From positions 498,062 to 562,061 of the forward strand of contig CAXXVD010000002.1 in NCBI GenBank assembly GCA_963662335.2: DNA of 64,000 nucleotides. The letters are read 5' to 3'. Position 1 is the first letter of the stretch, and the number at the start of each line of letters is the position of its first letter. Made by a program: the position numbers and the translations under genes. Positions 8,980 to 17,200 of this stretch are shown one piece after another. The DNA comes from Chloroflexota bacterium (GTDB lineage Bacteria; Chloroflexota; UBA11872; VXOZ01). The notes beneath the pieces were generated by a model, which did no database searches, was not told the origin of the DNA, and was given only the letters and a program-made list of their open reading frames with translations.

Positions 8980-9257
8980 AGAGGCCGCGCCTTTCCATCG
9001 ATTCCGCCCCCTGAAGCGCCCACGCGGCGCTAGCTCCGGCCAAGCTTCCTTGCGGCACCCGAAAGTAACCGCTTACCGCTGCTTCCTTCCGGACCTGACG
9101 GGGTTCACGGCCTCTCGCCGCGCAAGACCCAGCCATCAACGCCGCAGACCACGCGGCAGCCTCCAGGACGCGCAAACCTCACGGAAAGCTGTCAACCCCG
9201 CTATAGCGGATTGCGGGTAACAGGGCACCGCTAACTCCCCGCCTAGCACGGCCTCGG
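8980..9257 (-). ncRNA. ffs: signal recognition particle RNA, large (Alu-domain-containing) type
   Basis: Minus strand contains GUCAGGUCCGGAAGGAAGCAGC (rc of 9078-9099), matching the E. coli 4.5S domain IV with its GGAA tetraloop. A 5' GGUGCCCUGUUACCCGC Alu-like motif is present. 5' GAGGCCGUGC (rc of 9246-9255) pairs with 3' GCGCGGCCUC (rc of 8981-8990). Ends are approximate. Confidence 0.85.
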
Positions 9258-9262
9258 GTTTA

Positions 9263-9730
9263 ATGCTACGCAAACTCAAGCCACAGCGTCAAGCGCTGCC
9301 GGTTGAAGTTGGTGGGATCAAGCAATGGAGAAAATCGACGAGACGCGATGGCGGTGGAATTACAAGTCGTAGGCTTTACTTTTCTATTGCCACTCTGGTC
9401 TCCCCACGTCTGACTGCGTCGTACATCAGTGCTTTCCAGAATCACAACATTGATCCGCGCGCAATCCTCATGATGGACTATTCCACCGGCTTCAACGGAG
9501 TTCTTGACCAAGTGCTGCACCTGCGCGTCAACCATAGCGAGCGCTATGCAGATAGCGCGATTCGCGCCAGCACCATTGAGAGATTATGGTCATTGGTGAA
9601 GCGTGCGATTGCCGGCCGCCACTACACGGTAGAGCACACTGCGTCCTACATTGATGAGGTGGCGTACAAGTACAGTATTGGGAAGTCTGAAACGCCCTGG
9701 GACGACTTCATGCAGAGGGGTGTGGCTTAG
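9263..9730 (+). pseudogene. decayed IS1595-family transposase remnant
   Basis: C-terminal LRVNHSERYADSAIRASTIERLWSLVKRAIAGRHYTVEHTASYIDEVAYKYS parallels the IS1595 'VNHs..yv....HTNtIEgfWs.lKRgi.G.yH.vs.khL..Y..Ef.fRyN' region. The N-terminal DDE part is shortened or degenerate. Confidence 0.5.
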
Positions 9731-10010
9731 TATCTTGGTTCTTGCGACTGTTTTCGAGCTCTTCAATGCGCTTCTCAAGGGCCTGTATCAGGTGAAGGCA
9801 ATCGCGCAATACTTCGGCTGCGGCGAGATTGAGAAAAGGCACAAAGGTGACTCTGCTATCAACGTACTTTTCGGGTAGATACTCTTTCAGACTCCAGTGC
9901 ACGTCCTTATTGGGCATCTCGTCGTCTGGCACGGGCCACATCCACGACCATTTTTGATAGGTTGCAATCAACTCCTCCGCTCTTTCCGATACGGTTTTCT
10001 CAGTTGCCAT
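9708..10010 (-). CDS. hypothetical protein
   Basis: ATG 10010 preceded by AAAGGA at 8 nt. 100 aa, no recognisable motif. Lies in the AT-richer islet. Confidence 0.4.
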   Translation of the reverse strand: MATEKTVSERAEELIATYQKWSWMWPVPDDEMPNKDVHWSLKEYLPEKYVDSRVTFVPFLNLAAAEVLRDCLHLIQALEKRIEELENSRKNQDTKPHPSA

Positions 10011-10012
10011 TC

Positions 10013-10213
10013 TCAATCCTTTCGCCAGGTAAGGGAATGATTCAGGGTAGTAATCCTATGGTCGAGTATCCCCGTAAGCTGCATGTACTCAGTGAGGCTT
10101 TGCCTCCTTGTAGTGCGTTCCGGTGTTCTGCGTGCGGTCTGTTTGCGCAAGTGAGCGACTTCAAGCCTCAGTCGCTCTTTCTCTTCGTCTAAATCGTCCA
10201 CCTCTTCGCACAA
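10013..10213 (-). CDS. hypothetical coiled-coil protein (start uncertain)
   Basis: Acidic/basic coiled-coil-like sequence DDLDEEKERLRLEVAHLRKQ. Only a TTG start is available. The frame stays open upstream without an ATG. Confidence 0.25.
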   Translation of the reverse strand: MCEEVDDLDEEKERLRLEVAHLRKQTARRTPERTTRRQSLTEYMQLTGILDHRITTLNHSLTWRKD

Positions 10214-10408
10214 CCAGCTTGAGGCATCATCGTTGACGCCATCGCTGAACTCGTGTAACGTAAGTCTAACTCCTTTGCAAGTATTATGAGTCGAAGCGGG
10301 CTGGTGTCAGCGCACCAGTCCGATTTGCCTAATCCTATTGATGTTGCGATCGACTGTCGATTCTATGGGAATAACGTACTTGACTTGAATCTGGCGTTCA
10401 ATGTCGAG

Positions 10409-10636
10409 TTACGACTCTCCGTACGGTCCTAGAAACGACTCAATCTCCTCGTGGTCACACTCCAAAAATGCAAGCCATGTCCGGACATAGAGGTCAGCCA
10501 AGAACTCCCCTCTAGGTATTGGCACGTAGATTGTGCTTCCGCTTTTGCGCCACACGTCTGTGCGGTCATTTGAAGTCACAAAATAGCAGCCTAAGTCCTT
10601 GATTTTATTGATGAAGTGCTGCCGACGTATACGCAT
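10409..10636 (-). CDS. HicA/YcfA-like small protein lacking the usual catalytic His (tentative)
   Basis: 75 aa. RRQHFINKIKDLGCYFVTSNDRTDVWRKSGSTIYVPIP follows the HicA pattern (xxLxxxGxxxxRxxGSHxxxxxxxxxVPxH), but GSH is GST and the VPxH histidine is absent. Confidence 0.35.
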   Translation of the reverse strand: MRIRRQHFINKIKDLGCYFVTSNDRTDVWRKSGSTIYVPIPRGEFLADLYVRTWLAFLECDHEEIESFLGPYGES

Positions 10637-10922
10637 GGTTGTCTACCTGTTGTGCAATAAAGGGCATATCGATCGGTGTGCCTACTTCCAGTCCTGGCGG
10701 CTTTGTCCATCCGCGATCAGAAAAGAACTCGTCAATCTCTCCCTCAATGAGCAGGCTCAGGAAAAGCAGGCTCATTGCATCCCCAATGTTCTGCATTAGT
10801 TGCGACCAAGTCTCGCCCTGGGTTGCCATGGTCAAGCCTTCGCAGAACGCCACATAGTAGCCGGACTCAGTATCTGTAACAAGCCACTCCACTGATGCGT
10901 CTATAGTCACCTTGTCGATCAC
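10605..10922 (-). CDS. HicB-like (UPF0150) antitoxin-fold protein (tentative)
   Basis: GTG 10922 preceded by GAGGAG at 8 nt. SGYYVAFCEGLTMATQGETWSQLMQNIGDAMSLLF matches the HicB N-terminal 'yyvafcPel.g..tqGeT.eEa..n..eA' pattern. Overlaps the next gene by 32 nt. Confidence 0.45.
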   Translation of the reverse strand: MIDKVTIDASVEWLVTDTESGYYVAFCEGLTMATQGETWSQLMQNIGDAMSLLFLSLLIEGEIDEFFSDRGWTKPPGLEVGTPIDMPFIAQQVDNHAYTSAALHQ

Positions 10923-11245
10923 GGCATTTTCTCCTCTAGGGTTGCCTTGATCTGAACACAGTAGCAGACTTGCGTCACGCGAAAGTCCGCTACTTCTGGT
11001 TCCACAAGTTACCGCACAAAATTGTGCAAATGAACCTAGACCCATTATAGCGTTATACGCTAGAAAGGAGTCAAGGGTTATCAGACTAAAATCCTAGGAA
11101 ATCTATTCTTTCAGAGCCGGACGATGTGATCAATGCGGTTCCAGCGGCTCTTCCCCGTCCAATAGCAGCGGTATAGGTGAGAGAAAGAGACCAGCTAGAA
11201 TCAAGCTAAGTACGTTATTCCGGATTCTATCCAGGAGCGGTAGTT

Positions 11246-12181
11246 TCAACTAAGGGAGAAGATAGCAGAGTATTGCGACATGTCCTTTTGGTCGTCGTCC
11301 ATATGTATTACAAGGACAACGTTCATACCTTTCCAAATACGCCAAGCTTGCCAGCCGACAACGGAATCGCCAATGCTTAGATAAGGCACCCATTCAATTG
11401 GATTGCCGACGAAATCAGGGTAAGGGTGGACTGATCCTTGACTGCCACTCTCCATAATGAGGCTAGTTGGTTGGGCACTGCTGCATCGAACGATCCATGT
11501 ACCTACGCATATGTGATAGTTGAAGAATGCCTTGTTCTCTCCTAGTGTATTGATGCCTGCGAGCTTGACCCTGTACTTCACGGCTACGTCTTCTTCGTCG
11601 TGTTTAGGTGCCGTATAATCAATATATTTGTTGCTTCGCTTTAGGAGATTAGCTTGATCAACTACTGCCTGACCTCTCATGACCTCCAGTACAGTCACCT
11701 CCCAGGTTTCGCCATCGTGAGTGAAGCGATGCGGCACACCCACAGGCACGGTTGATACACCAGGCCATGCCACTGGTGCAGGCGTGGGTGTGGATAGTGG
11801 CACTGGCGTTGGCTGCGGTACCGGCGTTGCGACACCGCCCCCTGGCGCGTAATCTGCCTCCCAGGGGAAACGCTCGGTGTTGAGCCGCACCACTAGCCCG
11901 TTCGGGCCGTTGATCCACGTGCGGTAGCCGTCGGTGAACGCAGTCCAATTGTCGGCCTTGCGCCACGCCATGAGGCCGCCAGTGGTCTGTTGATTGCTGT
12001 CGCCAATATGGTTGTAGTGCTCGTTCTCCAGGCAGTCGCCGACAATGTCATGCCCAATTAGATCCCGCAGGGTTGCGAAGCCGAGCCGGAACTCGCAGTG
12101 ATTGGTGGCGGTTGTTGGAGTGGATAGTAGCAAGAACAAAAACGCGGACAGAATGAGAGATCGTTGGACTAAGGAACGCAT
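11246..12181 (-). CDS. secreted two-domain hypothetical protein
   Basis: Signal peptide MRSLVQRSLILSAFLFLLLSTPTTA, a Cys-containing N-domain, a P/T-rich linker (PVPQPTPVPLSTPTPAP), and a beta-rich C-domain. Confidence 0.6.
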   Translation of the reverse strand: MRSLVQRSLILSAFLFLLLSTPTTATNHCEFRLGFATLRDLIGHDIVGDCLENEHYNHIGDSNQQTTGGLMAWRKADNWTAFTDGYRTWINGPNGLVVRLNTERFPWEADYAPGGGVATPVPQPTPVPLSTPTPAPVAWPGVSTVPVGVPHRFTHDGETWEVTVLEVMRGQAVVDQANLLKRSNKYIDYTAPKHDEEDVAVKYRVKLAGINTLGENKAFFNYHICVGTWIVRCSSAQPTSLIMESGSQGSVHPYPDFVGNPIEWVPYLSIGDSVVGWQAWRIWKGMNVVLVIHMDDDQKDMSQYSAIFSLS

Positions 12182-12461
12182 TGCTGGTGCCTCCTTGCGA
12201 CACGCTACATAGTGAACGGGTTGCTACAGCCTGACACCAGAGTGGGCCGCAAGGAGACGTGCAAGCACGTCACTACGAGGGTGTCTCGATCTGAGACCCA
12301 CTGCTGGTGCGTATTCAAGCTGTAGCAAGTTGCAAGGTAGCAAGAGGCAAAATGCTAGTCAAGTTTAAGTCTGCCTACTCCGGGAAGCGCCGCCATTGAC
12401 AAGCTAGCACTCGCTGGCTAGGATTAAGGGGAGTTTGAGGCAGGCTTGAGGAGGAGCGGCA

Positions 12462-12650
12462 GTGGCGGCGATTGACGAGAGGGTTGCGCGGATTGAGGGC
12501 GGCTACGAGCACTTGGTGACGAAGGCTGACATCGCACGGCTTGAAGGCGAAATGAAGGCGATGGAAAGCCGGCTCATTCGCTGGATAGTGGTAGTGATGG
12601 TACTGTGGGGCGGGGCGCTGATAGCCGCGATGCAGTTTATCCCGGTCTGA
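12462..12650 (+). CDS. small tail-anchored coiled-coil membrane protein (DUF1640-like, tentative)
   Basis: GTG start after GAGGAGGAG. LVTKADIARLEGEMKAMESRLIRW is followed by one TM segment (IVVVMVLWGGALIAAM). Confidence 0.45.
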   Translation: MAAIDERVARIEGGYEHLVTKADIARLEGEMKAMESRLIRWIVVVMVLWGGALIAAMQFIPV

Positions 12651-12801
12651 TGCGGTTCTTCGCATTCTGACAGGCTGCGGGTAGTTGAAAGAGACCGATA
12701 TCTGCATCTTCCGAGTTGCTGGCAGCGAGATTGCTTGACCAATAGGCTTGGAATCAGTACGATAGAAGCAGTGGCAGGCGCCGTAGCGTTGAGTGGGTAG
12801 G

Positions 12802-13170
12802 ATGTCATTTATGTTATCTGTGACACCGACGGCGGTTGAGCATTTGAAGGGGTTGTTGACGCAGCAGGGGAATCCTGAGGCGGGGTTGCGGGTATTTGTG
12901 TCGCCGGGGGGGTGTTCGGGATTTCAGTACGGGATGTCGATGGAGGAGCGCGCGGACGACGGTGACGAGGTGATCGAGGAGGCGGGTGTGCGTGTGTTCG
13001 TGGACCCGTTCAGCCTGATGTACCTCAGCGGCTCGGAGATCGACTTTAGCGACGCCTTGATTGGCGGCGGGTTTACCATCCTGAATCCCAACGCGGAAAA
13101 GTCGTGCTCGTGCGGGCAGTCGTTCGATACGGCGGAGAGCGCCGGCGAGGCGCGGCCTTGTAGCACGTGA
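12802..13170 (+). CDS. HesB/IscA-family Fe-S cluster insertion protein (ErpA/SufA-like)
   Basis: GLRVFVSPGGCSGFQYGM and C-terminal CSCGQSF are the IscA-family Cys ligands. Alternative starts at 12793 (GTG) and 12811. Confidence 0.85.
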   Translation: MSFMLSVTPTAVEHLKGLLTQQGNPEAGLRVFVSPGGCSGFQYGMSMEERADDGDEVIEEAGVRVFVDPFSLMYLSGSEIDFSDALIGGGFTILNPNAEKSCSCGQSFDTAESAGEARPCST

Positions 13171-13202
13171 CTGACGGGATAGTAAAGGCCGGTTCGTGAA
13201 GT

Positions 13203-13233
13203 CCCACTTGTGGTGAGTGGGGCTTTTCTCTTT
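13203..13233 (+). terminator. intrinsic terminator after the IscA-family gene
   Basis: CCCACT-TGTGGTG-AGTGGG followed by GCTTTTCTCTTTC. Confidence 0.55.
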
Positions 13234-13255
13234 CTATAGATGGTCTTCCTGTGGC

Positions 13256-13279
13256 GTAGCGCGGGGGCTTGTCCCCCGC
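13256..13279 (+). repeat. REP-A unit
   Basis: GTAGCGCGGGGGCTTGTCCCCCGC. Confidence 0.9.
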
Positions 13280-13317
13280 TGGCCTCTGACATGGGTACGT
13301 CTTCAGTGATCGACTTC

Positions 13318-13443
13318 ACGAGTCATTCCGAACGGAGCGCAGCGGAGTGAGGAATCTTAGGCGCTGCCCCACAATGTCAACATCTCTAGATTCCTCGCTG
13401 CGCTCGGAATGACATTTATGTACCCCTGTCAGCCCGCACGGGT
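13318..13443 (-). repeat. family-B double-arm hairpin element with partial outer arms (MITE-like, truncated)
   Basis: GATCGACTTCAC..GTCATTCCGAACGGAGCGCAGCGGAGTGAGGAATCT..loop..CTAGATTCCTCGCTGCGCTCGGAATGACATTTATGTACCCCTGTCAGC. Same layout as 55414-55593. Confidence 0.8.
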
Positions 13444-13470
13444 GGTGGGGTGCGCCGGCAAAGAGAAGAT

Positions 13471-13495
13471 GGATTCCGGCTTGCGCCGGAATGAC
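13471..13495. repeat. repeat family D variant hairpin
   Basis: GGATTCCGGCTTGCGCCGGAATGAC. Confidence 0.7.
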
Positions 13496-13681
13496 GGAGA
13501 GAGGCGCGGCCGTGCGGCACGTGACGTGATTCCGCACGGTTTGGTAGGGGAAGTCCCGCTCCACCGGAGCGGGGCTTGCTTCATTAGTTGGGTAGACGAC
13601 TTTGTGGGGTTTGGATTCGCCGTTTTTGCCACCAGACGCGGTGGCGGAGACGCGCTTGGGCACGTGTAAGCTCTCTCAGAG

Positions 13682-14117
13682 GCGGGGGACAAGCCTCCGC
13701 GCTACAAGGTGTGAGGCCCCATGCTTCGGACCAAGAGCGGGGGACAAGCCCCCGCGCTCCAGGGCGTGAGGCCTCATGCTTCAGACCAAGAGCGGGGGAC
13801 AAGCCCCCGCGCTACAGGGCGTGAGGCCCCATGCTTCGGACCAAGAGCGGGGGACAAGCCCCCGCGCTACAGGGTGTGGGGCCTCGTGCTAGGGAGCAAG
13901 AGCGGGGGACAAGCCCCCGCGCTACAAGGTTTGAGGCCCCATGCTTTGGACCAAGAGCGGGGGACAAGCCCCCGCGCTACAAGGTTTGAGGCCCCATGCT
14001 TTGGACCAAGAGCGGGGGACAAGCCCCCGCGCTACAGGGTGTGGGGCCTCGTGCTTCGGACCAAGAGCGGGGGACAAGCCCCCGCGCTACGGGGATTGAG
14101 GCCTCGTGCTACGGTCT
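13682..14117 (-). repeat. tandem array, 8 x 55 bp (REP-A hairpin plus 31-nt linker)
   Basis: GCGGGGGACAAGCCCCCGCGCTAC starts at 13682, 13737, 13792, 13847, 13902, 13957, 14012 and 14067 (exact 55-bp phase). Linkers are near-identical (e.g. AGGGCGTGAGGCCCCATGCTTCGGACCAAGA). Confidence 0.95.
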
Positions 14118-14276
14118 AAGCGATGTGCCGGTGGCAGGCTAAGTCAAGCGGTGGTGGGGTCTCAATTAGAGTCCAAGGGGCGTGCGTTCCGCTTTCATTC
14201 TCACCCCGTTGCAGGTATCCTTAATCGTACTACACTCCCCTTGGCGCGAACGACATTCCAGGAGCGACTTCACTGC

Positions 14277-17200
14277 ATGAAGCAATTCACCCACCTGCAT
14301 CTGCACTCGCACTACAGCCTGCTGGACGGCATGAGCCGCATGCCGGAGTTGATGGAGCGCGCGAAGGAACTCGGCTTCGCGGCGATCGGCCTCACCGACC
14401 ACGGCGTGCTCTACGGCGCGATCGAGTTCTATGAGGAAGCGCGCAGCCGGGGCATCAAGCCGATTATTGGCTGCGAGGTCTACGTGGCGGCGCGCACGCG
14501 CCACGACAAGGAGCCGAAGCTGGACGACCGGCAGTACCACCTGACGCTGCTGGCCAAGAATAACCAGGGCTACAGCAACCTGGTCAAGTTGGCCACCCAG
14601 GCCCAGTTGGAAGGCTTCTACTACAAGCCGCGGGTGGACCGCGAACTGCTGGAGCAGTATCACGAGGGCCTCATCTGCCTCTCCGGTTGCCCTTCCGGGG
14701 AGATTCCGCGCGCGTTGCAGGACGGCAACGAGGAAAAGGCCCGGGAGACAGCGCAGTTCTACCGCGAGTTATTCGGCCCGGAGAACTTCTACATCGAAAT
14801 CCAAGACCACGGCATGGCGTGGGAGCAGGAGGTTGCCACGAAACTCGTCGCGCTGGCGCGGGAACTCGACCTGCCGCTGGTGGCCACCAACGACGGCCAC
14901 TACACCCGCCGCGAGGACGCCGAGGCCCACGACGTGTTGATGTGCATCCAGACCAACAGCAAGGTCACCGACGAGAACCGCATGCGCATGGAGACGGAAG
15001 AATTCTACCTGCGCAGCGCGGACGAGATGTGGGAGCGGTTCGCGGACTTGCCCGAAGCCCTCGAGAACACCATGAAGATCGCGGAGGCGTGCAACGTGGA
15101 GTTGGCGCTGGACCAGCGCATCCTGCCCCACTTCGAGGTGCCGGCCGGGCATGACGAGCGTTCATATCTGCACGAGATCTGCACGGCGGGCCTGGCGAAA
15201 CTCTATCCAGAAGCCGACGCCAACGCGCAGGAGCGCCTGGAATACGAGCTTGACGTAATTGGCGAGATGGGTTTTTCGTCGTATCTGCTGATTGCGGCGG
15301 ACTTCGTGAACTGGGCCAAGGAGCAGGGCATACCCACCACCGTGCGGGGTTCCGCGGCCGGCAGTCTCGTCTGCTACACCGCCGGCATCACCGACATCGA
15401 CCCCTTGCACTACGGCCTCATCTTCGAGCGTTTCCTCAATCCCTCACGCTACACCATGCCGGACATCGACGTGGACCTGATGGACGTGCGCCGGGACGAG
15501 GTCATCGAGTACGTGACGGCGAAGTACGGCGCGGATCACGTGGCGCAGATCATCACCTTTGGGACCATGAAGGCGCGGGCGGCCGTGCGCGACGTGGGCC
15601 GGGCGCTCGGCATGTCCTACGGCGAGGTGGACCGGGTCGCGAAGTTGATTCCCATGATGTCAACGGTGACCGAGGCGCTGCAAGCCGCGCCCGAACTGAA
15701 AGACCTGATGGAAGACGAGCCCCAGGTGAAACGACTGCTGGGCCTGGCCGAGCGGCTGGAGGGCGTGGCGCGCCATGCCTCCACCCACGCGGCCGGGGTG
15801 GTGATTTCGCGGGAGCCGCTCACCGAGTACGTGCCCTTGCAGCGCAACGTCGGCGACGACGGCGTCATGACCCAGTTCGAGATGAACGCCATCGAGAAGA
15901 TCGGCCTGCTCAAGATGGATTTTCTCGGCCTGCGCAATCTCACCGTGCTGGACCGGGCGGTGCGCTTCATCGCCCAGACGCGCGGCGAGGCGCTCGACCT
16001 GAAGCAAATCCCGCTGGACGACGGCACAACCTTCGAACTGCTCTCGTCGGGTGAGACCACCGGCGTCTTCCAGTTGGAATCGGACGGCATGAGGCGCTAC
16101 GTAAAAGAATTGCAGCCGGACCGCATCGAGGACGTGATGGCGCTGGTGGCGCTCTACCGGCCGGGGCCGATGGCGTACATTCCCCAGTACGTGGCGCGGC
16201 GGCACGGGCGCGAGGAAGCCTCGGCGCGGCATCCGCTCATGTCCGCGGTGCTGGAGCGCACCTACGGCATCATGGTCTATCAGGAGGACGTGATGGCGGT
16301 GGCGCAGGCAGTGGCCGGCTATACCCTGGCCGAGGCCGACAAGCTCTGCTACGCCGTGCGCAAGAAGATCGCCCACGAGTTGCAGGAGCACCGGCAGCGG
16401 TTTGTGGCCGGGGCGGTGGAGAACGGCCTGGCGAAGCGGTTGGCGGAGGCCATCTTCGACGACTTCGAGCCGTTCGCGCGCTACGGGTTCAACCAGGCGC
16501 ACGCCACCTGCTACGGCACGATTGCCTACCAGACCGCCTATCTGAAAGCCAACTATCCCACCGAGTACATGACCGCGGTCTTGAGCACCGAGCTCGGCAA
16601 CACGGACAGGATCATCGAGGTGGTGCGCGAGTGCGGGCGCCTGGACGTGAAGGTCTCGCCGCCGAACGTGAACGAAAGCGAATCCAGTTTTGCGGTGAGA
16701 GAGGGCACGGTCTATTTCGGGCTGGCCGCGGTGAAGAACGTGGGCACGGCGGCGGCGGAGGCGATAGCCGCCGAGCGCGCGGAAGGGCCGTACCAGGATT
16801 TCTACGACTTTTGCGTGCGCATCGACCAGCGGGTGGTGAACCGGCGCGCCCTGGAGAGCCTGATCAAGGTGGGCGCGTTGGACACCATGGGCGAGCGAGC
16901 GGCCCTGCTAGCCAGCCTGGACGACGTGCTGCCGGCCACGCAGCGGGCGCAGAACGCCAGCAACCAGGGCCCCACGCTCTTCGAGACGTTCCTGGGCGAG
17001 GAGCAGGCCGCTGAACTCACCAGTTTTACGCTGCCCAAGACGGACCCGGCGACGCCGGAAGAGAAGGGTCTCTGGGAAAAGGAACTGCTGGGCGACTACC
17101 TCTCGGAAAGCCCGTTCAAGGCGCATAGCGCGCAATTGCGCGCCGCCGCTGATACCACGGCGGCGGAGATTACGCGGGAAAAGGAAAACCGGCGGGTCAC

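Noticed and set aside
10270-10408. Short frame LDIERQIQVKYVIPIESTVDRNINRIRQIGLVR downstream of the HicA-like gene, possibly a toxin C-terminal fragment
   Set aside because: It has no start codon and no recognisable motif, and it is too short to assign.
13682-14117. Possible CRISPR array (24-nt repeat, ~31-nt spacer, 8 units)
   Set aside because: The 'spacers' are near-identical copies of one sequence. The repeat is the same REP-A unit scattered singly through the window. No cas genes or leader are present. It is a tandem satellite of a REP, not a CRISPR.
13316-14119. ORFs 13316-13663(-), 13409-13669(+), 13588-13824(+) and 13721-14119(+)
   Set aside because: They are composed almost entirely of translated repeat units (GDKPPRY, GTSPRAT, VIPSAARNL-type peptides). 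Because the 55-bp period is not a multiple of 3, the same repeat is read in shifting frames.
14106-14276. N-terminal extensions suggested by the ORF track (dnaE from 14106; also trpA to 51177, trpC to 55466, SBP from 20274, Uma2 to 44200)
   Set aside because: The extensions run into repeat elements or upstream genes and lack family-typical sequence. Internal starts with an RBS and canonical N-termini were preferred.
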